A stretch of DNA of 63,597 bases, filler included, from Halocafeteria seosinensis (lineage: Eukaryota), in assembly GCA_001687465.1 (NCBI GenBank). It is 9 parts of 9 records of this genome, joined end to end, with 100 filler letters (N's around TTAATTAATTAA, not from the genome) between each part and the next. Parts side by side here need not be neighbours in the genome. Positions count along the whole stretch, not along the records: positions 1 to 14,411 come from LVLI01000047.1; 8 more parts are not named here. The stretch is one strand, 5' to 3'. The translations under genes were made by a program, and so were the position numbers. The notes under the pieces are model-generated. The model was not told where the DNA came from, ran no database searches, and saw only the letters and a list, made by a program, of their open reading frames with translations. Below, one piece after another: positions 1 through 10,287 of the stretch. Numbering within the stretch: position 1 is the stretch's first letter; the number at the start of each line of letters is the position of its first letter.

Positions 1-860
1 ATAAAAGGTGAGAAATGTTATTGACTTTGCTTTGCCGTATCCGGCTTAGCGTTTGTACACTCCATCATCCTAAACAGGGACGCTAAATTCTCAAGTTCAG
101 CAACACGTACCTCGGTTGGAGACCTTGCTGCCATGATTATCGGAAATACACGTATCGGAAGCACTCCAAGTACAGTATATACAACGATATGGGTATAATG
201 AAGCTTTCACCGGTAGAATTGATGTAAATCCTGTTAGCAAAGTGTCGTAAAGTGGCAGAATGACATGAAAAAGTAGTTTGGCCGTCGCTTTTGTTGAAGT
301 TGAAGTCGTATTCTGTATAGTTTTGAACTGTACGTTCTGTGTGGGTACAGTTGTCCCAAATTTGTCTGGATGTGCTCTGACATTGTGTGGCAACACCGTG
401 AAAGAAGCAATTGGAGTCACTGACGCGAATCACGAAGGATACTGGACTAATTTGAAGCTACAAAAAGCGGTAACGAAGATGTTACAGAAAGTAGCAATTA
501 GGAACATGGCTATACGCAACACCAAGGAAAGGATTTACATTAACCGACGCCGAGTACATGGTAGCACTACGCCTACGCCTAGCTCTTCCCAACGCGAGCC
601 AGTTTGCCGGGCCATCAGGAGAATAAAACGGACGAAGTATGAACGTCTGAAATATTTCGAATTTGATGATTCCTCGACGGATTCCCTTGTGGCCTGCTTG
701 TGAACTTAATCTTCACGCAGAGGTCTCTTACATGTATTAGTCTCCATATATTAGAATTGGCACCATATTTGAAGTTTTATGTACTACATCCGGTTGTACC
801 TCGCATAATTGCCTCAGAATAGGTTGGGAGAAGGTGCTTGAGCTCGGCCACAACCCAACA

Positions 861-999
861 AGCTCAAGCACACACACACACACAAATGTGACAGATAGCC
901 CACCGGCCGGGAAGTTGACCGCATCCTCTTAACGAGGAGCGGTATGCGCCCGTGTTAAGCAGCGACGGGCCCGCTGTTCCTGCAGCCTAGCTCAAGCAC
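861..999 (-). mobile_element. Short (TG)n-tailed retroposon (SINE-like or 5'-truncated LINE 3' end) with 11-bp target-site duplication
   Basis: AGCTCAAGCAC occurs at 861-871 and 989-999, flanking about 117 bp that end in (CA)n on + (TG tail on -). Related copies at ~16099-16143 and ~33263-33319. Confidence 0.65.
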
Positions 1000-2302
1000 C
1001 AGCCGCACCAGTGCAGTCCTTGGTGTTGGTGGGTGACAACCTGACACTGACAGGAACTGCCACTAGAACGCCAACATTCACACCAGCAACAACTACTTCT
1101 ACATCTCTTGTGCCGACATTCAGCAGTACGCAAAGCTGGATACTAACCAGGACTCAAACGTTGACACCTACGAGAACCAGGAGAATGGTAAAGACTTCGA
1201 AATGGTCATGTTACACAGGGAAGGGAGAGTGCCGAGTTTAGTGTAGGACATATCATAGGCTCTGCGCAGAGGATTTAAGGCTTGGAAGGGCATAATGTAT
1301 AGAAAATACGCTGCCAAGGCTGAGTGCAATTGGAGGTGTCACTACTGGTAACTTCAGAGGAAAGAAAGAAACCGAAGCGTTTCATTCACGGAGCTACCGA
1401 CACAGTTTGCAGGCTGATCACTACAAGGCACAGTCCATGACAATGCAATATCATGGTAATTGGTTTCTTGAAACTGCACATTCCCTCTCTGGGCGATTGT
1501 GTCTCGTTGCTCCAACAGTTCTGATCGCAACGGTGTTGTTGCGATCGTCTATCCCACGCTTCCAGTTTTAACTTCGTTAGTCTCAAATGTTAGGTACGCA
1601 TAAATGGATAAAGCAGGTTTTGTGTAATCAGTAGCAGAGAAAGGTATCCACTTCTCTAGTCAATACACTGCATGCACGTGTTGTTACACACACTGTTGTA
1701 TACCAGTAAACTACACGAAGAACCAAAAGAAGCAATTCTTGTCCTTTAGGTACTAGCTAGTTAACGCTGAACTGGTTGCTTATTCTCAGCCTACCACTCT
1801 CGTGCACAAGGGAAGCAGGATAGAAGAAAGTTATTGTTCGTGTCTATTCTCTTTCGGTAGGTTATATACGGCGGTGGATATAGCTAACTGCAAGTAGCAC
1901 CAGGGGGGCATAGTGGAGGACGAAGTCCAAGGCTGTCACAACCGGTGCGTATACCGGTACAGCGGAAGAAAAAAATAAGAGTCAGAAGAGGACGAGCACA
2001 GGGATGCAAGTGAACGCTAGAGAGGGCACAATAAAAAGGGGAAAGACTGCATTCCTCGGTACGTTCGTAGCTATGGCAGCATCCTTACTACTGGTGATAG
2101 CGACGACAGATATCGGAGCAAACGTTCCTGACCTAGATTCATGCCCTTCAGTTGAGGAGGAAAAGGACGGAGTATTCCTTAAAAGTTTAGGTCACCGCAC
2201 AAATGGAGGAACAGCAACAAGGTAAGGCAAGCTATTCCATCCCTGGGAGTGGCCGGAGCCTCGATGACGGAAGCATGTTACATTGTCACTTGACAACGCA
2301 GT

Positions 2303-3937
2303 GTGCCAACAGCTTCACATGTATTCCTGTTTAGTTGCTTCCTCCAGCCAGCAACAAAACATTGGGAGATGCAACATATCCGTGTTAGCATCCCTACCTT
2401 AATTGCATTACTACCGGGGGCTGTACAACTGCTCACTACCGCTATAGCGGTCTGGGTTCGGCCACAGAATCGTGGTGTATTCCACAGGGTCTCTTCATTT
2501 AAAGCGAAGACAGATGAATCAGAGATTCAGGGCCCTACTTGCCTATTCTGGCAGAAGAGGAAGATTCCTTGCGAAACACGTAACTATGTAATTGCTTCGG
2601 AAGAATGTCTTCTATGTTTCAGCACGTTAGCCGTATTCCTTTTGACTAGGGAGGCAGCAGCAGCAGCAGTAACTTTTGATTTGCGAAGCAGTATCCAAGC
2701 TGGTAACGAGCCTTGTTTCCGCTATTTTCCGAACGAGAAACTCTTCCTAATGAACTGCACTGTCCTCGACTGGGATGACGTTGGCTACAGTGCTCAGACT
2801 CACATTTCTCTTGCGCAGCGTGAGGTATTTGATGGCAAATACAACATCATAGACTTGAAGAACATTGGAAATTTCCAAGGATTGTTTGAGATTCTTGATG
2901 AAGGTATAAGATCTTTGAATGAAGCTCCAGTGATTCGGAGTGTGCATGTCAAGAATGGGCGAGTTGCAATGGGAGGAGGATTCATTGTTCGCGCGGAGCA
3001 AAAGTTTCTTACCATGGGTTCGTGCAGCTCAACAGGAGATATATCAGGAAATGCTGGTGGTATATGCGGTCGTCATGTGGGCAAGGACGGGGGACATGTT
3101 AGCATTTCAAATGCCCATTCAACAGGAAAAATAGAGGGGGACGATGCGGGTGGTATCGTTGGAATGAGTGTCGGATTCAAGAGCGGAATGGTGAACATAA
3201 CGCAAAGCTATTCTACCGAGACGGTTAAAGGAGGATACGCAGGTGGTATCTGTGGAGACAATGCTGGTGAGGATAACGGAGATATATACATTACTCAGTC
3301 TTACTCTACAGGGAATGTTATCGGGGACTACAGTGGGGGTATAACTGGACATGATACAGCAATAAATAATGGTGAAGTAAATATTATCAATTGCTATACT
3401 CGAGGAAACATTGATGGTAAAGAGGCAGGAGGGATAAGTGGCGGAAACACTGGGGGGTTAGCGGAGAAAAGCATTGTTTCAATTAAGAATACGTATGCTT
3501 CAGGTGTTGTCGTTCATGGAAACAAGGCTGGTGGAATCATTGGTCATATAAGTGGGGGTGCAGGCGGTGATATCCAAGTGGGTTGGTCCGTGTTTAATGG
3601 CGATACAGGGGCGGGCATCGTCGGGATGGGCGGCTCCGACAAAAGCGTTTTGCAAATGATTGGAAATTCAGGCAATTTGACGGACATACTAGGACAATTG
3701 TATCATTATGAAAGATTGCAGAAATGGAACGGTGATATTTGGGCTCTCAATGGAAGCGACACTTTGCCCGTTTTGCGCTTTCAACTGTCCGAATCGACAC
3801 CAACGCCAAGGATTTCACCAACCCCTGCAAAGACGAGTAGCCGCTCGGCGACGCCTACGATTTGGAAAGGCCCGTCGGTGACGAAGAGAACGTTAAGCCC
3901 GCAACGTCCTGGCAGACTAGCTAAGGAGAATAAGTGA
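2303..3937 (+). CDS. Secreted Gly-rich GLUG-like repeat (beta-helix) protein with Thr/Pro tail; true start uncertain
   Basis: Intronless 544-aa ORF. Hydrophobic segment before DLRSSI..EPCFRYFP; repeated SxSTGxIxGxxAGGIxG units; C-terminal LPVLRFQ..TPTP..KRTLSPQRP shared with paralogues. Confidence 0.8.
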   Translation: MPTASHVFLFSCFLQPATKHWEMQHIRVSIPTLIALLPGAVQLLTTAIAVWVRPQNRGVFHRVSSFKAKTDESEIQGPTCLFWQKRKIPCETRNYVIASEECLLCFSTLAVFLLTREAAAAAVTFDLRSSIQAGNEPCFRYFPNEKLFLMNCTVLDWDDVGYSAQTHISLAQREVFDGKYNIIDLKNIGNFQGLFEILDEGIRSLNEAPVIRSVHVKNGRVAMGGGFIVRAEQKFLTMGSCSSTGDISGNAGGICGRHVGKDGGHVSISNAHSTGKIEGDDAGGIVGMSVGFKSGMVNITQSYSTETVKGGYAGGICGDNAGEDNGDIYITQSYSTGNVIGDYSGGITGHDTAINNGEVNIINCYTRGNIDGKEAGGISGGNTGGLAEKSIVSIKNTYASGVVVHGNKAGGIIGHISGGAGGDIQVGWSVFNGDTGAGIVGMGGSDKSVLQMIGNSGNLTDILGQLYHYERLQKWNGDIWALNGSDTLPVLRFQLSESTPTPRISPTPAKTSSRSATPTIWKGPSVTKRTLSPQRPGRLAKENK

Positions 3938-6169
3938 AAGTCGAGAGAGGAATCGCTCCGCATCTTCAAGATGTCACTGCAGCCAAAGGAACAATACGGT
4001 GTAGCAGGCTCAATTTGTGCTTAACATAGTCTCCGCCATGGCTCTCTTAGGTCGTGTTGCACGAGCGGTATCCTTTTCATGTTTGACTCCAGCGCGAACT
4101 TAGGAAGTCTCGGACTGATCAGAACAGGATAACTTGTACTTGTATATTGCGATGTAGCATCTGCTTCCTTTTTGCATAGTTTGCTTTGTTACTATGAGAC
4201 AAATGCGAATAAAGTCATTTACTTTATCATTTTTGTTTGGACTAACTTGCAACTTAAACTGCGTGAAAGTTGCAGTACAACAGTTATCCAGCGAGTACTG
4301 CATAACAGGATACAAAGAATGTTTGAGAAAGGACTGGATTCGATGAATCTCCCGAAAACACGTCAAACCAAGGAGACTTGCTTCTAGGCGTGACTATCAC
4401 CGACATCGTGGTGTCTAGGAGCCCCATCCTTTGTCCTTATAAAATTTCCCAACAAACCGAAGACCGGCGGAACGAGTTCGAAACGTCGAAGAGTCCGGAA
4501 AGCCTAATTTGAAGTAGATCGTCTGTCGGGATTCCTATTCCTGCGATGGCTGACCTGTTCCCGAAGAGTTCGCCGAAGAACCAAGGAATGGATTACAGGC
4601 CTAGAGTAGAAGTTGCTTATGCTCAGCTGTCTAGAAGATTATGTCGCTGAGTGACCTATACAAACAAAAATGATGGTCAGTGAAATTCAACTGACGCTTT
4701 CCTTTGGTAATGAATGCTATGATTGTACAAAAAAAAATGACATGAGGGTAACTTTAACAGTTGTGCGTGTACAATCGGTCGATCTACTGTTAGGGCTATA
4801 AAGAGAATAGCATTAGCTTCCGTCCAACGTACTTGTATGCTAGCAGCTATCCTAAATTTTATTTCCCATAAAGTAATGACATGTACAGTATTGGTGGTGT
4901 TTTGATTGCTTCCCAATCCATTTCATTCACTTGAGAGTATCGGCTGAGGAGCTTCAATTCCTCCCTGGCAAGCTTCAAGCGATTCCAGATTCCGCACTGG
5001 AACCGACTTCCATTCCATTGTAGCATTGGTAGAGTCCATGAAGAACTTGGTAACTGTACACAACAATTTCAAGATGCTGGTTTTCTTTGCATTCGGTGGA
5101 GTGACTGCCGGAATTCATGAAGCTGTGTATTAGATACAACGGGAACAATGGAGCAACAGAACGTTCCATCTCAGCCCGGTAGAACACTTTATTCTCCGGC
5201 CGCTTCTTCTCATTGCAGAACCCCAAGTTCGAGCCACAATGAAGAACCACTAAAGAGATCATCATATTTACACTTGCTTTGGCAGATATTTAATTGGGGA
5301 GCGACTCGTGCGCAGCAGCGAAGTTGTATGTGGATTCCGGTTCACAGAATGAAATGCGCGATCCGCTTCAGTGCTTCGGGCCCCTGAGTGGACACGCTAA
5401 TCGGCTCCACCACATGCCGACAGAAAGCAGACGCCGATTCTTTCGTGTGCCCTCGAAATTCGTTAAGCTTCGAGTTGCCGACATGGAATCCTTGGTGGGT
5501 TTCTCTCAGGAATCCTGGGCCGCTATATCGGGATTTTAGGATTGATCATTTGCAAGAGATGCTGCGTCTGTGCCATAGTAACTTACCTTGCGATGTCTAC
5601 AATTGGGGTGTTATACAGTAGTCAACTGAAGAATCCAATATACTATGCGGGTAGGACCACAACAGCAGCATAGGCAACTCTTCAACATACCTGTGCCATC
5701 CAAAAGCGAAACGGATCCAACGATGAGCCATCGACCGAATTCAAACTTTATCTGACTTTATGTTGTCTTGTTGCCCGTAAGGATAAACGAATCGTTTGTT
5801 TGCAGTCACTGTGACTTAGTTGGCACCGAGCAGCAAGCTTGTATGGCGAAGGCATGCGACCGCGGAAGAGTGATTGCTACTGAATGTTGTTGTCCGACCA
5901 ACAATGCTGACCGATTCGGTCGATATGTGAATAGTGGTTCCACTTGAAGTCTTGATCATACAGAGCGGGAATTGGCCACCCGGGCAATCCTGCAAAGAAC
6001 GTTTCTGTGAACCACGGATTAAAGGGTGAATTGTTATTAGTGTCACACTGCATAACAGTCATTACTGGATGATATTGCGATACCATGGTAGGGAACCACT
6101 TTATTCGAGCAGAATCCTGTCACGATCTCTGCGAGAGTCTGCGTTACCACCGGCCAAAAAAGGTCCAAG

Positions 6170-6500
6170 ATGATGACTTTTCAGATTCATGTACACTTTA
6201 CATTCCTTTGTATACTGGCATGTTCGCTACTAGGAGGAGTGAGGGCGAAGGGAAATCTTCGTGGCTCCATCATTGCCGGTGATAAGGAGGCATGCTTCCA
6301 TTATAATGCCACTTCGAACATGTTCCAACTCACCTGCAGGTTTACATGGATGTGTATTACTACGCCGATGACACGGACAGTTTCATACGCCTAAGAGCCA
6401 ATGAGCTCTTTGGAGGGAACCATTATGAAATTGATCTTGTAAATGTGACGGACTTCAATGGGCTCTTTGCAACAGAACACAGAACCTTGAATGCACCTTG
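6170..6500 (+). pseudogene. Truncated, frameshifted N-terminal fragment of the GLUG-like family
   Basis: Signal peptide plus GNLRGSIIAGDKEACFHY..MFQLTC, then in another frame IRLRANELFGGNHYEIDLVNVTDFNGLF; ends at tandem TTGAATGCACC repeats near 6488-6516. Confidence 0.7.
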
Positions 6501-7459
6501 AATGCACCCTTGAATAAGACAGTGACAAAGAATGAGTGCTTGGAGTGTCGAGAAATGGATTTGCCTGGCTTAATTGGAATGATATACTGCACTCAATACC
6601 ATAGGTCTTCCAAATCGCTGAAAGGAGCAGCACCATAGGTTTGGCCTCTCTAGCTCATGGCACTCAGAACAGTGCGCAGAGGGTCGAAGGAGGATGCAAG
6701 GATTAGGAGGACAAAGAGACGTGATTCATGTACTAGCAGGTACCCGGTATAGTTTGGGGAGATGTTGCTGAGAAGGGCTGAATGGAACGTGTATTGGCAA
6801 AACGGTAGCTCTGTTCACAGTGTACATACTGCAATCCGACATGTATCGCCTCTGTAGTTCTGTAGTTCGTAACTCTGAGACACCCGGATATAACTGAGTT
6901 CGAGGTAACGTGAAGTAGCGTCGGTCAGTCAGACAGACCGAAAGCCTGCATGTGGGCAGCATGTAAGTTTCGAGGCACGAGAGAATTTGGATCAGTACTG
7001 GATGGAGTCGCGCGATATGTGTCAGCGATAGCGTTACGTGTCCCTGAGCTGTGTTAAGTCGGCCGAACAGTTTGAACAGTAGAGCAGATCCCTCCATGGT
7101 CAGTACTTATTTCGACTCTATAACATGTACAACTCTGGGCAAAAATCAACCATAGCAATGCTATTATCACGTTTGATTCCTGACAGAAGATCCAAAGGTC
7201 AAGTAAAACTCTAATAAAGTCTCACGTTATGCAAATCTTATACCCTAGAGATGCTAGTGGGCGTGAACTAGCCTTCTGAAGAAACCAGGTACCAGTAAAC
7301 CAGTGAGAATCAAGAGTACTGTCTGCGTATCGGTGCCATGGATAGTGGATAGCGGTAGTGTGGATGATCATCATGTATTCTGTAAAGATGAGTGATGCGC
7401 TATGCGCCGCGTTTAGAAAGCCCAGTTTCGCAAGGCTGTGAAAAAAATTGACTTTAGAA

Positions 7460-8070
7460 ATGCCGTCTACCATTCATTTACAATGTCACGTGTTCGCTTC
7501 ATTGTTACTGATCTACGGTCACAACGCATTCGTGAAGGCTTCCCTGACAATGAGTGCAAGACGATGCTTGGACCAATACAGCTACAATGGTTCAAGAAGA
7601 GCTCTTGGCGGCTTACAAATCCTCAACAATTGACCTAATTATTTGGGTCAATACAGTTTCCTATTTGTCTGATAAAGGCTGGGGTCACTATTCGCACGAG
7701 AAAGAACATATTCTGGACTATATTCACACATATAGGATTCGGAAAAAGCTTCTTGTCATATTTGGAGATGCACACATGCTCGCTGCTGAGAATGGTAGAG
7801 TGAGCGATATTGGGTTTCCAGTACTCCAGGCGGCTGCATTGGATAGCCCGGGAAATGTCATGGGTGGTAAGAAATATTTAAGTGTGTTTATTGTGTTACA
7901 TGTGGTACGCCTCTTCTTCTTGTAGGCAGGTCTCTATAGCCAGGGTGCATATCCTGGAAGGGGACAATATGGGATCCTCGATATCAAGTATGAGGACGAT
8001 CGTCCAGGAAGCGTGGAACCTAGAGCGTGTGTTGTTTTGAGAGTCAGAAGACATGGTGATGAACAAACAG
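7460..8070 (+). pseudogene. PhoD-like alkaline phosphatase, C-terminal part, frameshifted
   Basis: RVRFIVTDLRSQR, TMLGPIQLQWF, frameshift near 7595, then WGHYSHEKEHI, LLVIFGDAHM, FPVLQAAALD; GT-AG intron ~7867-7925, then GQYGILDI. Confidence 0.7.
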
Positions 8071-8664
8071 TCCTCACATACTGAACATGCCATGATGTAG
8101 CCTCCAGTACATCTTACGCGGCGGTCCCCAATGAATTCCATTGGATCATGGGGTATGTAAAAACAGTCTACAGAGGTGTATGGAGAGCGGTTGCTAGCCT
8201 CCGCATTCCCACTCCTTGATGCATTCTTGACAACAATGGAAGAACTCCGAAATTAATGTTGCACATAGTACAAGCAAGTTTGTACTGTCCGTCATCGCAT
8301 CACATAGCCGTTTCATTCTTTGCAAAATGATAGAAGAGTGCGCGTCATTGTAAGAATGCCCTTATCGCCCTACAAGGCTTTTCCTTGGTAACGAAAGTCT
8401 CGGAATGATCACTTTAACCGCAAGTAAACGAGTATGTCAGTAGTGGAACCCGAGGATATGGAAGCCCTCGGATTTAGAGCCCATTCCTACAAATGCCTTT
8501 GGATGTTTAAGAAACATGTAGCAAATACATACTAAATGCTAAGGACTTTTGGTCAAATGGCAAACATTCGTAATGTTGTCAATAAGCGGCTCCAGTTCTC
8601 TTTTTCTGCTTCCGGTTAGTCACTCCATAGCAGTAGATAGAAAAAGAGTGCGTGGCTGCCATCT

Positions 8665-10287
8665 TTAATTCTTTGAGTGTTCTCGCTTTTGCCTTTCCTT
8701 GCCGTGGTTAGAATTTTGCTGAACGACGATTGCCGGTCGCTGCACAGGTAGCTTTCTCTCGAAATGCAGTTTGCGGCGAGGTTTTGATGGAGATGAACTA
8801 GCCGACGACGTTCCAGAAGGTGAGGGACTACCTGAAGCGGTCCCACTGCTCGATGGGGAGGGGGAAGTTGTACTTGACATTGTCGGTGTTTCTGTTCGTG
8901 AGCTCGTTGCAGTCGGTGTCGCAGTCGGCGTTGCAGTGCTGCTAAACGATGAAATGTCATCATTTGGGTGCTCTAGTTGAAAGCGCAGAATGGGTAATTC
9001 ATCAGTCCCGTTGATGACCCAGGTATCGTTGCTCCACTTTTGGGAGCCTTGATGATGATACAATTTTCCCCGTATATCCTGAAGGTCATCCGAATTCCCG
9101 ATTTCAATCAGATTGCTCGTAGGATAGCCTTCGTTACCAACAATCTTGATATTATAGACAGAGTATTGAACAGAAACAATATGACCAGTGAAGTCGGGCT
9201 CTATATAACCTATCAGTCCACCCCTTCTGTCATCATTCTTCACCGTACCAGATGCATATGTATTGTTGATATGAACGTCACCAAAGTTCTCTGGAGTTGT
9301 TCCACGAGCGCTTCCTCCGGTTTCATCCCCTAAGATTCCTCCAGCTGTTCTACCGTCAACATCTCCTCGCGTGTAACAATCTATAATATGTACTTCACCG
9401 CGTCCATTAGCTGTTCTTATTCCACTAATCCCACCACTATTTGATGCAGATAACCTCCCAGTACTATAACATTCTTGAATACAAACATACCCCTTATAAC
9501 CAGCCTGACCACCCATGATACCCCCGCCTTTGTTAGCATTAATTTCTCCAGTTGAGTACGATTGTGTAATATACACATTACCAAACTGAGTACCAGCGCC
9601 CCATCCACAAATTCCACCTGCCTTTTTTCCTTCAACCTTCCCTGTGGAATGACATCGTATTATGTGCGCAATACCACCCTCAGACCCTGTCTTTCTTCCT
9701 GCAATACCACCTGCTGACTTGCTCATTATTTTGCCCGTAGAATATGAATTCGATATTTTAATTTCTCCATTATCGCTACCACAGTAAAAGCCAGATATTC
9801 CACCTGCACGTTCATTCTTGATGTTTCCTGTAGAACTACACGAATCCACAATGAAATACTTTTGCCTGCCTTTAACAATAAATCCTGCTGAATGTGCAGT
9901 TGTCCCATTCCTCACATGGACATTTCTTATCGAAGGAGCCTCATCAAAATTTGTCACTTCTTCATCAACAACAAACAAGCCTTGAAAGTCATCGACGTCA
10001 GTCAAGCTAATAATACCAGTGTACTCCCCATCATGAAGTGGACTTCCTGATTTTTCTCTACTACTTGAAACACTACCATCAAATGTCTCATGCGCACGAA
10101 GAGAGATATAAGTAGTGGGTCCGTAACTGTGGGCAGTCCACTCCAATATACTACAATTCATCTCGAACAAACTTTTTTCCAGCGTGTACCGGAAGCATGG
10201 TTCGAAGCCGTTAATGATGCCATCTCGCAGGTTCCCAGCTATGGCATTCTCCATCACCACCGCGGTCAAAACCAGTAAAACTACCAT
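8665..10287 (-). CDS. Secreted GLUG-like repeat protein with Ser/Thr/Pro tail (3' part of the 1321-aa ORF)
   Basis: ATG at 10287 (MVVLLVLTAVVMENAIAGNLR), EPCFRY motif, STGxIxxxxAGGIxG repeats, LPILRFQ, TATPTATPT, ERKLPVQRP. Confidence 0.8.
   Translation of the reverse strand: MVVLLVLTAVVMENAIAGNLRDGIINGFEPCFRYTLEKSLFEMNCSILEWTAHSYGPTTYISLRAHETFDGSVSSSREKSGSPLHDGEYTGIISLTDVDDFQGLFVVDEEVTNFDEAPSIRNVHVRNGTTAHSAGFIVKGRQKYFIVDSCSSTGNIKNERAGGISGFYCGSDNGEIKISNSYSTGKIMSKSAGGIAGRKTGSEGGIAHIIRCHSTGKVEGKKAGGICGWGAGTQFGNVYITQSYSTGEINANKGGGIMGGQAGYKGYVCIQECYSTGRLSASNSGGISGIRTANGRGEVHIIDCYTRGDVDGRTAGGILGDETGGSARGTTPENFGDVHINNTYASGTVKNDDRRGGLIGYIEPDFTGHIVSVQYSVYNIKIVGNEGYPTSNLIEIGNSDDLQDIRGKLYHHQGSQKWSNDTWVINGTDELPILRFQLEHPNDDISSFSSTATPTATPTATSSRTETPTMSSTTSPSPSSSGTASGSPSPSGTSSASSSPSKPRRKLHFERKLPVQRPAIVVQQNSNHGKERQKREHSKN

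Noticed and set aside
278..703. ORF sharing a WTNLxL word with ORF 4172-4387
   Set aside because: Similarity too short; no family recognised.
5816..6086. Possible glycosyltransferase-90-like fragment on the minus strand (W...FRG)
   Set aside because: Too short and interrupted to support.
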